Assembly: GCF_006345805.1 (NCBI RefSeq)
Contig: NC_043015.1
Span: 14,322,001-14,386,000, forward strand
Direction of reading: 5' to 3'
Source: Octopus sinensis
Taxonomy: Eukaryota
Length of the DNA: 64,000 bases
Shown here one piece after another: positions 1-11,033 of the stretch (position 1 is its first letter; each line of letters starts with the position of its first letter). Under the pieces are notes generated by a model, which did not search any database, had not been told where the DNA came from, and saw only the letters and a list, made by a program, of their open reading frames with translations. The translations under genes and the position numbers were made by a program.

Positions 1-391
1 ATTGGCAGACTCCATAACTAATAGGGTTTTTGAAGTTATCTATCAAAATGGTGCCCATGTGGTTAAATAATTCATTATGTCAATAAATGTTATAATATTA
101 TTATGGGTTTCTGTTAAATATTTACTCAATGTATGCTTAATATGTATCATTACCACTGCTTCATAAATAGTGTTGGTGTGTTTACATCCCCATAACTTAG
201 CAGTTCAGCAAAAGAGACCGACAGAATATGTACCAAGTTTGAAAAAAGAAAATGAATATTAGAGTCGATTCATTCAACTAAAATTTCTTCAAGGCGGTGT
301 GCCAGTATGGCTGCAGTCTAACAAGTGAAACAGATAAAAGATACAAGCTTACAAAAAAAAAAGGAAAAAAGAAAAAACAAGGTATAAATAC

Positions 392-489
392 CTTCACTAC
401 ATTTGTTCCATTGGCAGCAGATACAAAATAAAGTGGCATTTTATGTTTCTCAGGAAAGTTAAAACTTTTCTTTGTCATATTCATATCAG
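392..489 (-). CDS. RABL2: Internal coding exon of a Rab-like protein 2 small GTPase gene
   Basis: Acceptor ttttttgtAG and donor GTattt flank a 98-nt exon encoding (A)DMNMTKKSFNFPEKHKMPLYFVSAANGTNVVK. This matches the RABL2 segment DINVTQKSFNFAKKFSLPLYFVSAADGTNVVK (G5 xSAx motif) as I recall it. Confidence 0.9.
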
Positions 490-599
490 CTACAAAAAAG
501 CAAAGAAAACTTCCTTAGGAATTAAACAGGTATTTAAAATAGTCAATATGATAGATAGTTAATCTGTTAGACAATGTTCAAGGATTTAAAATTTGTTTC

Positions 600-970
600 A
601 GGCATGGCTGTGTGATAAGAAGCTTTCTTCCCAACCACATGGTTCTGGGGTCAGTCCCTCAGTGTGGCACCTTAGGCAAGTGTCTTCTACTATAGCCCTG
701 GACCAACTAAAAGCCTTGCAAGTAGATTTTGTAGATGGAAACTGAAAGAAGCCTGTCATGTGTGTATCTGTGTTTGTATTTGTCCCCTACTACTGCGGAC
801 AAACGGTATTTGTTTGTTATATCCCCATAATTTAGCAATTTTGCAATAGAATGAGTACCAGGTTTAAAAAAGAAGCACTGGTGTCAATTTGTTAAACTAG
901 GCCCTTCAAAGGAGTGCTCAAGCATGACCACAGAGCAATGACTGAAACAAATATAAAAAAAAAAGATAAA
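600..970 (+). mobile_element. tRNA-derived SINE (major family of this window)
   Basis: Head ggcatggctgtgtgataag...ggttctggggtcagtccc, body gcaccttaggcaagtgtcttctactatagcc, 3' end tgactgaaacaa. Many homologous copies occur in the window, e.g. ~165-340, 6390-6705, 13075-13418, 23575-23950, 27097-27465, 31775-32150, 34395-34780, 39180-39335, 43345-43560, 43785-44152, 53107-53475 and 60675-61030. Confidence 0.85.
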
Positions 971-1375
971 AGTTAATATATTTCATATCATTATTTACAA
1001 ACAGCAACCAATTTCACATCATTAACTATTATCCCTAAATAAATCAGAGACTAATCCCTAAAGCCAACTCAGTTCACTATGTTTATATGTTATCCTTTTC
1101 AATCCAGTGGTCTCTGAGCTTAAAGGGTATGTTGTTGCTGAAGGGCCATTAGCAAACTGCTTTGGATATGTAGATGTAGTGGGATGGTGATTCAGGTACC
1201 AGAATCCAATTTTTCGATTATCTATTCACACATGACGGATGCCCAAATGCAAACCTGGAAGTATGTATAATACTAATACTGGATAGCACAGGGTAAATCT
1301 GAAGGTGGATGAGATTTATATTGTACTCTAATACATTCTTAACAGAATATACCATAACTATATATATATATATAA

Positions 1376-1585
1376 ATGTGACCGCATGTGTACTGTTGGC
1401 GATTTTTTTTCCTCTGTCTTCCTTTCTCTGGATCTTTCCTTCTCCTATGTTTCCAACAAAGAGCTCCGCTCGAAACGTTAAACCCTCCTTCTTTCCTTCT
1501 TTCCTGAGCGTCCAATAATACTATATTTTTTCCACGCCCTCGCGTTGTTGTGTTTTTTTTTTGTGCTTTCTTGTTTGGATTAACT
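1376..1585 (+). mobile_element. PLE pseudo-LTR-like short element with a minimal hammerhead-like motif
   Basis: Flanked by (TA)n. An inverted homolog lies at ~17030-17240 and a partial copy at ~44155-44260. Motif gttt-ccaacaa-a-gagc/gctc-GAAA-cg-TT-aaac at 1449-1483 has a decayed core in this copy. Confidence 0.6.
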
Positions 1586-1873
1586 TTATATATATATATA
1601 TATTTCAGCCTTTCTGCCACATCTACATCATCAATGACCTTAATGCTTATGCCTACAATGCTGCTAACACCAGCTCCTGTCCACGGCAGGGTCCACAATC
1701 TTAACATGCCTAAATGCTTGAATGTTGTCAGGTCGGAAGAGAGATCAGAAGAAAAATGCCACGAAAACGATCACCACCACAACAACCCTCTTCTTTTCAG
1801 GCGCTGAATTGCTCCCCTCCCCCCCCACATCTCTTTCCCAGTTTTCAGAGTTGGCACTGTCAATGTTGGTACA

Positions 1874-4633
1874 TTGAAAGGTAGGTCTAGTGAGATTGTA
1901 GAGATGCTTGAGAGAAGACAGGTTGATGTATGCTGCATACAAGAGGTAAGATGGAGAGGTGCTTCAGCTAGGATCCTCACAGGCAAGGCACTTAGGTACA
2001 AACTCTTCTGGCAAGGTAACATGGAAGGAGTAGGGGGTGTAGGCATTCTCCTTGCGGAGAAATGGGTGGATAAGGTCATAGAGGTTGTCAGGGTTTGCGA
2101 TAGAGTGCTTAAGCTCAGGTTGGTCCTACAGAGTGTCACAGCTACGATTATCTCTGCCTATGCCCCACAAGCGGGACTACCAAATGATCAGAAGGACCAC
2201 TTTTATGATACCCTTCTACAGGCTACTTCAAAGACTAGTGGTAAGGACCTCATCTTTGTGGGTGGAGATTTTAATGGGCATGTTGGGCGGGAATCGGGTA
2301 TCTTCACTGGGGTACACGGTGGCCATGGTATTGGCACCAGAAATGATGAGGGAACTAGACTACTGGAATTCTGTAATGCATGTAACCTTTTAATCTGCAA
2401 CACTAACTTCAAGAAGCCTGACTGCCACCTTATAACCTATCAGTCAGAAGACTCCGCTAGCCAAATAGACTTCATCTTCACCAGACAGCGGGATGCAGGG
2501 TCGCTCTTGAATACAAAGACCCTCCCGGGTGAAGAATGTATCCCTCAGCATAGACTAATCATCAGTGACTTTAAGCTTGAGGCCAGAAGGACTCCAAGAA
2601 ACAAACCAATCCAGAAAAGAAGGATTTGGAAGCTAAAGAACCCTTCACATGGTCAGAGATTTAGGGACATACTCATCAAGAAATTTGATGAGAGGGAGGA
2701 GGAGCTTCAGACGTCAGACATAGGAGGTAGCTGGGAATTCCTACGGGACAGCTTGCTGAGTGCCACAGACCGAGTCTGTGGATGGTACAAAGTCCCTTCC
2801 AGACCTAGAGTTACGTGGTGGTGGAATAGTGCAGTAGACAAAGCCATTAGTGAAAAGAGATGGGCCTGGAAAGCCTGGAGGGATGGGGGCAGCAGGGAAC
2901 TGTACCAGGTAGCCAAAAGGGAGGCTGGACGGCAGGTATACATAGCCAAAGATGTAGCAGAAAAGAAGTTTGCCAAGGACCAAAGAGCTGAGGTATTTCG
3001 GATTGCTAGACAGTGTGTCAGAGAAAATAGTGATGTTACAGGAGAGAAATGTGTCCGCATGGATGATGGGGCACTTGCTTTTACTGTTAGTGAAAAGAAA
3101 GAGGCCTGGAGAAGCCATTATGAAAGACTGCTGAATGAGGAGAATGAATGGGAGGAGGAGAGCCTGCCAAATGTTGACCCAGTAGAGGGACCAGCTACCC
3201 GAATAGACAGCTCCCTTGTAGTTAAGGCAATTAAGGATATGAAACCAGGTAAAGCCCCCGACCCATCAGAAATCACTGCTGAGATGCTTAAAACAGCTGG
3301 CTATGTGGGCTATGGCCTAGTCACCTGCATTGTAAACCAGGTAGTTCATAATGGAGTCATACCCAATGACTGGCGTAGCAGCACCATAGTCAACTGCTAC
3401 AAGGGTAAGGGTGATGCTCTAGATAGAAATAACTACAGGGGTATCAAACTGTTGGATCAGGTGATGAAGGTCACAGAGAGGGTCATAACCCATCTCATTA
3501 GGGAGAGAATTTGCTTAGATGAAATGCAGTTCGGTTTTGTGCCGGGTAGAAGCACCACTAATGCTATATTCCTGGTCCGACAACTGCAGGAGAAGTACCT
3601 AGCTAAAGATAAACCCCTCTACATAGCTTTTGTGGACTTGGAGAAAGCCTTTGACAGGGTTCCCCGTTCCCTTATCTGGTGGTCGATGCGGAAACTGGAG
3701 ATTGACGAATGGCTAATAAGGGCTGTACAGGCTCTATACAGAGAGGCTGTCAGCAAGGTTAGGATTGGCAACGAATATAGTGAAGAATTCCGGGTAGAAG
3801 TAGGTGTGCACCAAGGCTCAGCCCTCAGTCCCCTTTTATTCATCATAGTCCTCCAGGCAATAACAGAGGAATTCAAAACAGGATGCCCCTGGGAGCTCCT
3901 CTATGCTGATGACCTGGCTCTCATAGCAGAATCACTACCGGAACTAGAAAAGAAATTTCAGGTGTGGAAGCAAGGGTTAGAATCAAAGGGCCTTAGAGTA
4001 AATGTAGCAAAGACCAAAGTTATAGTAAGCAGAAAGGCGAACTCAGCACACACACCCTCGGGCAGGTGGTCCTGCTCGATCTGTAGGAAAGGTGTAGGTA
4101 GAAACTCCATAAGATGCACCCAATGTAAGCTATGGATGCACAAGAGGTGCAGCAACATCAAAGGGAAATTAACTGATAAGATAGCTTTCATGTGCGGCAG
4201 ATGCACAGGGACAATAGACACCACAGACACTCAGAAAACAGATTCCATCACACTCCAGGGAGAGAAACTAGAAGTAGTTGATAGTTTCCGCTACCTGGGT
4301 GACCAAGTTAGTAGTGGAGGTAGATGCACAGAGAGTATCACCACTAGAATACGAATAGCCTGGGCAAAGTTCAGAAAGCTCCTACCCCTACTGGTGACAA
4401 AGGGTCTCTCCCTCAGAGCGAAAGGTAGATTGTATGATGCATGCGTGCGAACTGCCATGCTTCACGGTAGTGAAACATGGGCTGTGACTGCAGAGGACAT
4501 GCGTAGACTTGAAAGAAATGAAGCTAGCATGATCCGCTGGATGTGTAATGTCAGTGTGCATGCACGACAGATTGTAAGCACCCTGAGAGAAATGCTGGAT
4601 ATAAGAAGCATCAGATGTGGTGTGCAAGAGTGA
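1874..4633 (+). CDS. RTE LINE endonuclease-reverse transcriptase ORF (premature stop at 4631-4633; frame continues to 4873)
   Basis: EN motifs VGTVNVGTL (from ~1850), CCIQEVRW, GGDFNGHVG, QIDFIF and QHRLIISD. RT motifs YRGIKLL, QFGFVPGRST, FVDLEKAFDRV, GVHQGSALSPLLF, LLYADDL and FRYLG. The RTE C-terminus LRWYGHV...RGRPRKTW follows the TGA. Confidence 0.92.
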   Translation: MKGRSSEIVEMLERRQVDVCCIQEVRWRGASARILTGKALRYKLFWQGNMEGVGGVGILLAEKWVDKVIEVVRVCDRVLKLRLVLQSVTATIISAYAPQAGLPNDQKDHFYDTLLQATSKTSGKDLIFVGGDFNGHVGRESGIFTGVHGGHGIGTRNDEGTRLLEFCNACNLLICNTNFKKPDCHLITYQSEDSASQIDFIFTRQRDAGSLLNTKTLPGEECIPQHRLIISDFKLEARRTPRNKPIQKRRIWKLKNPSHGQRFRDILIKKFDEREEELQTSDIGGSWEFLRDSLLSATDRVCGWYKVPSRPRVTWWWNSAVDKAISEKRWAWKAWRDGGSRELYQVAKREAGRQVYIAKDVAEKKFAKDQRAEVFRIARQCVRENSDVTGEKCVRMDDGALAFTVSEKKEAWRSHYERLLNEENEWEEESLPNVDPVEGPATRIDSSLVVKAIKDMKPGKAPDPSEITAEMLKTAGYVGYGLVTCIVNQVVHNGVIPNDWRSSTIVNCYKGKGDALDRNNYRGIKLLDQVMKVTERVITHLIRERICLDEMQFGFVPGRSTTNAIFLVRQLQEKYLAKDKPLYIAFVDLEKAFDRVPRSLIWWSMRKLEIDEWLIRAVQALYREAVSKVRIGNEYSEEFRVEVGVHQGSALSPLLFIIVLQAITEEFKTGCPWELLYADDLALIAESLPELEKKFQVWKQGLESKGLRVNVAKTKVIVSRKANSAHTPSGRWSCSICRKGVGRNSIRCTQCKLWMHKRCSNIKGKLTDKIAFMCGRCTGTIDTTDTQKTDSITLQGEKLEVVDSFRYLGDQVSSGGRCTESITTRIRIAWAKFRKLLPLLVTKGLSLRAKGRLYDACVRTAMLHGSETWAVTAEDMRRLERNEASMIRWMCNVSVHARQIVSTLREMLDIRSIRCGVQE

Positions 4634-4994
4634 CGCTTGCGATGGTATGGTCATGTGCTGCGGATGGATGAGGAGAGATGTGTGAAGAAGTGCCACTCCC
4701 AAACAGTTGAAGGTATCAGGAGGAGAGGTAGACCCAGGAAGACATGGGATGAGGTAGTCAAGCATGACCTCAGAGCGTTGGGCCTCACTGAGGCAATGGC
4801 GAAGGACCGAGATCTCTGGAGATATGCTGTGACTGCAAAGACCCGGGCTGCTTCCTGCATCAGTTCCGCATAGCCCCTGCCCATTCAAAGTACCCCGGAT
4901 CCCAGAACGTCCCGCTGTGCTTGAGGAGACCTGTTGAGTCAAGTACATGAACATGAATGTCGAAATAAATATCAATGGAAATAGTAGTTTTGAT

Positions 4995-5435
4995 GCCTGT
5001 GCCGGTGGCACATAAAAAGCACTATCCGAACGTGGCCGATGCCAGCGCCGCCCCGACTGGCTTCTGTGCCGATGGCACATAAAAAGCACCATCCGAACAT
5101 GGCCGATGCCAGCGCCGCCCTCACTGGCTCCTGTGCCGGTGGCACATAAAAAGACCATCCGAACGTTGCCAGCCCCGCCTTGGCTGGCTCCCGTGCCGCT
5201 GGCACGTTAAAAGCTCCAACCAATCGTGACTTATTCCTGGGAGAGTTGTGGCAGCAGAATCCTCAAGCACACCTCTCATTGGGTCCTGTCAGAAGAAATC
5301 ATCTTCAATGTATATATATATGCCAGAGCTCCCTGACTGACTCCTGTTCCAGTGGTACGTAAAAAGCACCATTTGAACATGATCATTACCAGAGCTCCCT
5401 GAGTGGCTCCTGTGCTGGTGGCACATAAAAAGCAC
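4995..5435 (+). repeat. Tandem ~60-66-bp units in the RTE 3' UTR (about 6 units)
   Basis: The core ctgtgcNggtggcacRtaaaaagcacc recurs at ~4997, 5063, 5130, 5190, 5343 and 5410. Confidence 0.9.
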
Positions 5436-5613
5436 CCACTACACTCTCAGAGTGGTTGGCGTTAGGAAGGGCATCCAGCTGTAGAAACTTTGCTAGATTA
5501 GATTGGAGCCTAGTGCAGCCCACTGGTTTGACAGACCTCAGTCAAACCATCAAACCCATGCCAGCATGGAAAGCGGATGTTAAACGATGATGATGATGAT
5601 ACATATATATATC

Positions 5614-5821
5614 GAAGAAGGTAAGAATTAGAGAAAATAGAGAGCTTCTGACAATGCGGAAAGTTTTATATTTCAGGTACAAAGGCCCAGTGGAACCTAA
5701 ATAACTGGACATTTCTCAGACAGTTTTTCTCCTGAAGATGGGCCTTTGCACCTGAAATATAAAGGTTTTATAAAACTTTCCACATTGTCAGAAGCTTTCT
5801 ACTTTCTTTTTTACCTTCTTC
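5614..5821. repeat. Imperfect inverted repeat (~75-bp arms), PLE-pLTR-like
   Basis: gaagaaggtaa...agcttctgacaatgcggaaagttttata..tttcaggtacaaaggccca (5614-5689) pairs with tgggcctttgcacctgaaa..aaactttccacattgtcagaagct..ttaccttcttc (5739-5821). A weak CTGAAGA...GAAA motif lies at 5732-5757. Confidence 0.75.
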
Positions 5822-6749
5822 AATATTGCAATGCTTCAAGCGAACTACAACACTCTTATATATATATAAAATGTGGCACCTGTGCTGGTGTCATGCAAAA
5901 AGCACCCAGCACATTCTGTAAAGTGGTTGGTGTTAGGGCAGGCATCCAGGTGTTGAAACCTTGCCAAAGCAGACAACTGCCAGCTCATGTCAAATCATCA
6001 AACCCATGCCAGCATGGAAAATGATGACGATGATGATGAATACAACTTTCAACAAATTTAGCATGAATGGAAGTAAATTTTCACAACTTAATCTAAGTTC
6101 AAATCACAAGATCTGTTCAAGAAACCTAAAAGTAACCGATCATATGTACATGCCAAATTTAAGCACCCATCCACCTGTCATGAAACATGCACCCAAAAGC
6201 ATCAGTAAGAGAATAACCACTGTACATACAGGGGTTAGTGCACACACACATACATCTTTATTGTTATCATCATTTATGTTTAGTTTCCATGCTGGCATGT
6301 GTTTGACTGGCTGTTTTGGTATCAGTCAGCCCACATTATTACATACACATACACATACATACATACATACATTCACACAGACACACATATTACTTGTTTC
6401 AGTTGTGATACTGCGGCCATGCAGGGGCACCACTTTGAAGAATTTTTAGTTGAATGAATTGACCCTAGTACTTATTTGTCTTTTTAAACCTGCTACATAT
6501 TCTATTGGTCTCTATTGCCAAAGCACTAAGTTACAGGGGCATAAACACACCAACACCGGTTGTCAAGCAGTGGTGGGGGATAAACACACACACACACATA
6601 CGCACACCAAATCTACTGACAAAGCTTTGGTTGGCCCGAGGCTATAGTAGAAGATACTTACCCACAGTGGAACTGAACCCAGAACCATGTGGTTGTGAAG
6701 CATTTATATATAGTGGGCACATGAATGTTGGTTGACCATGGCTCAGATA

Positions 6750-7020
6750 TAAAGACAAGCTGAAGAGTAACCTCTCAACAGTCAATATAGCAAAATATAG
6801 CAAACAGCTTTGGAGTGAACAAAATGGGGATTGTCATTGTCAAGATGGTATGAGAGGCTTTGTTTCAATCAGCATTAACAGGCTTAGGGGTGAAAGGCAA
6901 AGGAGAAAAGCGGTTGCAAATACACCACCTGCAGTGACCCATAATCCTCATACTTGCAACATCTGCCAGCTTTGAAATCATTGGCAGGACTCAAGTATCA
7001 CATTCGACATAAGCATTATG
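6750..7020 (+). pseudogene. Degraded C-terminal fragment of another RTE-type LINE with a C2H2 finger
   Basis: Frameshifted translation HTCNIC...KSLAGLKYHIRHKH, preceded by DKLKSNL-like sequence. Confidence 0.45.
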
Positions 7021-8464
7021 ACTAACAAAGAAAATGCAGGTTGTTAGATCCTCATACGTCAAACTGACAGGAGAGTCCATCAAACAGATATAGTTTAGGC
7101 TGGTCATTTCTTTACCCACACTTGTTATTTAGGGTATTTCTTGTCATTTGTTGGGGGTTATTAGTCAGGTATGTCATGGCTTTGTTAGTATAGGAAGTTG
7201 TTTCTCTTGTGCTTTGTGCTTTCAGTAAAGGTTGTATGTTTATAAGTTTCTTTCTAAGTATCCGTTGTTCTATAAGCAATTGCATTAGTATACAGGGATT
7301 CTGAACTTCCTGTTTTGTGGACGTAGAGTTTGTTTGGTGCTTGTTTATAAAATTTCTTCAAATTCTGTTCTAGATATATGCTAAAGTGGAGCTGATATAA
7401 AAGGTGTGAATGTATTCATGTATAAAAATGGGAACAAAAATATAATATAATTTGATTAAAAAAAGAAAAGAAAAGGTTCATTCAGTTTGCTTGCATACAA
7501 ATATACATTTTATGCGTGTGTATGTAGGTTTGTGTAGTTATATTAGAAAACCCTTTGTGGGGGTTTTAGTTGGAGATAGGGAAACTTTTAGATAATTTCT
7601 AGAGTATTTTTTAGTGTAAAAGTGTAAAGCTATAAGATTGTTTTTTTTATTTTATTTTATTTTATTTTATGGGAGTAGTTTATGGTGAAGATGAATGGAG
7701 GGGAGTTGGAGAGATTTTACCAAGTTTAGCTATTAGTAAAGATTATTGGTTTAAAGTGTTTTAGTGTTTTGAAGATTTTGTGCTTGCATGAAAAGACTAG
7801 TTTTTACCTTTGGTCTTCACACTGTCATAGCAAAAGGATTAAATCCAATAATACCAAAAGCAACAAAAATACTATAATACCTTGTGCCTGCCTAACTAAG
7901 AGACACACCAAAAGGCTTGTTTACAAAATTCTACATGTATGAATAAATTCTAATCAGTAACATAAGTCCAAACTTAATCAGTTAAAATCTTTTCCAAAAC
8001 ACTTTTTCTTTTTCATAATAACTAACCATAAAAACCTAACGACTGCCTTAATCAAAGCCACATACCCAAAGATGATTTTAACTCAACAGAGATGATATAA
8101 AAGCAAGATTAGGTCTAATGCATCACAGTCTGATGATGTCTTAATTGGCTGAATCTTCGAAGTCACTGTCAACAACATTCTTCTACATAAACAATAAATT
8201 TGAACTCTACAAAAGTATAGAATAATCTATCAGATTAATGTAAAATTGCTTTTATTATAACACAACACAAAAACAAATATTAATATATATCATATAAATG
8301 TGTGTGTGTGTGTAAATGAAAAGAAAATGGAGGTTTACGATTGACATATTTTAATTTATGAACAAGAAACCCAGGGTAACTTCATACACCAGCTTTCCCC
8401 ATTATAATATTAACTGCTCTACATCTTAGAGTGTGCTTCTCCACCAGGTTTATGTATTCCTACA

Positions 8465-8508
<44 letters not shown>

Positions 8509-9213
8509 TTTGAGATTTATCATTGTTTGATTTCACTTATGTATAGTAATGCCCTTAATATAAATAAATGTATTTAAAGGGAATAATTAGTAATTTTTCC
8601 CTTATGAGAGTTTTCACGCCAACTACTTGATAAATTCTTATAAAGATTTTATCGTATTTTTAAATTGTAAATTTAACCAGAATATATTCAGTACTGAATT
8701 TTTATTCTGAATAAACATGTGTACCGTGATGCAATTTGAAAAGCCCACCTCTTACATAGATATATAATTGTGAACAGTTCTATGTGCTATGCTGGATACA
8801 TTTGATGTTCGTCTGGTATGTTGATTGCCTTTGTTCATTTTTATATGTCTTGATTAAATGTCTTGATTATATGTCTTGATGATTAAAAAGTGCATTTTTG
8901 CACACTAATAATGAAATAATTTGATCTGCGGCTGAATCTGTTTTTAAAAGGCTCACTTCAAGAGTTGCATTCCCTTGCGTTCGGTACAATATGTTTATTA
9001 TGGTAGTTTTGACTTTAGGAGCCCCTCCTAGCGTGAGGCATTTATGTATAGTAATGGCGTTAATGTAAATAAATATATTTAAAGGGAATAATTAGTAATT
9101 TTTCCCTTATGAGGTTTTCACACTAACTACATTATAAATTTTTATAAAAATTTTATCCTATTTTTAAATTATATATTTTTATATATGTACACAAATATAT
9201 ACATATATATATA

Positions 9214-9535
9214 TCATCATCATCATCATCATCATCATTTAACGTCCGCTTTCCATCCTAGCATGGGTTGGACGATTTGACTGAGGGCTGGTGAACCAGA
9301 TGGCTGCACCAGGCTTCAATCTTGATCTGGCAGAGTTTCTACAGCTGGATGCCCTTCCTAAAACCAACCACTCTGAGAGTGTAGTGGGTGCTTTTACATG
9401 CCACCGGCACGGGGCCAGTCAGGCGGTACTGGCAATGACCTCGTTTGAATCTTTTACACATGCCACCGGCACAGGTGCCAGTAAGGCGATGCTGGTAACA
9501 GTCACACTCGGATGGTGTCTTTTACGTGCCACCGA
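9214..9535 (-). mobile_element. RTE 3' fragment with (GAT)n tail
   Basis: Reverse complement of the RTE 3' end (aggaagggcatccagctgtagaaac...catggaaagcggacgttaaatgatgat). Similar fragments at ~5870-6040, 10315-10571, 14240-14422, 18647-19002, 38002-38255, 41950-42132, 45120-45355, 55300-55738, 56205-56490 and 59630-60085. Confidence 0.85.
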
Positions 9536-10569
9536 TTTGTATATGTATATATTTGTATATGTATATATATATATATAGCATCATGCATTTGAATCAAACT
9601 GTTTTGATCCATATATGTTACTCCCCAAAAATTTGTTGAGTGCCCTTCTTTTGTTTGTCCACTCATTCGAATATATATATATATATATATATCTAACTAT
9701 TTTATCTGATTTCTATCTATTTTGTCTGATTTGTTCATTTCTCCTCTCGTTATATGATCGACCTTCGATTCGCCATCTTGAAACCTGTTTCCTTTAATAC
9801 ACTTCCGCCTTCTCCAAAAATCCCTCTTCCGGACAACTTTTTACTTAGAAGGCAACCCACAACATGTGCTCTCTCTCTCTCTCTCATTCATCTACCTCAT
9901 CTACCAGCTATATAATCCCGTGCACAGATAAGTTTGAATGCCTATTTTCACTCCTAGACTGATCATACATGTTTCTCTATCTATCTAACTATTTTATCTG
10001 ATTTCTATCTATTTTGTCTGATTTGTTCATTTCTCCTCTCGTCTATGATCGACCTTCGTGTATCGCGGTGCACCCGCCCTGCCCACCCCCACCACCAATA
10101 CCGGATATCTCTATTTTTGCTCCATCTATACCGGATGTCGCTTCTCCCACCACCATTATAGGTGTCTACTCTTCGAACCCCCCTCTTCAATACGCTATTT
10201 CACCATGCATTACCCCTCTCTTGATATCCTACGTTCTACTTGCCTACAACCTGTCATCATTTCTCTGAACCACCCCTCCCCACTGGTGCTCCCCTATATT
10301 CCTGCACCCCCCCCCACATAAAAAAGCACCGTCCGAACGTGGCCGATGCCAGACCCCTCTGGCACCTGTGCAGGTGGCACGTAAAAAACACCCACTACAC
10401 TCGCGGAGTGGTTGGCGTTAGGAAGGGCATCCAGCTGTAGAAACACTGCCAGACCAGACTGGAGCCTGGGGCAGTCCCTAGCTCCCCAGACCCCGGTCGA
10501 AACCGTCCAACCCGTGCTAGCGCGGAAAACGGACGTTAAACGATGATGATGATGATGATGATGATGATG

Positions 10570-10604
<35 letters not shown>

Positions 10605-10897
10605 CACATATATATATGTGCACATATGTACATGTGCTTATCTACGCGCGCGCGTGCGCGCACACACACACACACATGCACTGATCGTTTTGGTCTCAGT
10701 CAGTTATTCAGAATTATTGCCTCCAAGATGAATCACAGAATTATGCTTCACTTTTATATGCTATTTTTGGCATTGCTTCTGTTTCAAAATCTCCTTCCTG
10801 ACACCACTCATTTTACAGAGAGCATTTTATAGTTACTTAGTCGTCTACAAATCTGAAGAATCTTCTCTATTCCATGTAGTCTCTGTTCTTAACATTG

Positions 10898-10936
<39 letters not shown>

Positions 10937-11001
10937 GAATGAGTGGACAAATAAAAGAAGAGCACTCAACAAATTTTAGGAGAGTTACATATATGGGGAG
11001 T

Positions 11002-11033
<32 letters not shown>

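Larger units (their letters stand above)
1603..5600 (+). mobile_element. Near-full-length RTE-clade LINE
   Basis: APE endonuclease plus RT ORF, a 3' UTR with tandem ~66-nt units, and a (GAT)n tail ending ~5600. It sits between TA-rich repeats. Confidence 0.95.

Noticed and set aside
4631-4633. In-frame TGA as selenocysteine or readthrough
   Set aside because: The paralogous copy has AGA (Arg) at this position, so a point mutation is the simpler explanation.
4997-5060. Pistol or twister ribozyme in the RTE repeat unit
   Set aside because: There is superficial similarity (hairpin then UAAA), but the required pseudoknot loop and catalytic consensus are absent.
4388-5158. 256-aa antisense ORF, and the 237-275-aa ORFs at 19456-20752
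   Set aside because: They are by-products of the stop-poor tandem units and the antisense RT strand. They are open in several frames at once and show no protein motifs.
8390-8459. Possible RABL2 exon (AG/GT-bounded minus-strand block)
   Set aside because: The translation (EYINLVEKHTLRCRAVNIIMGKA) does not resemble RABL2, and splice-like dinucleotides alone are insufficient.
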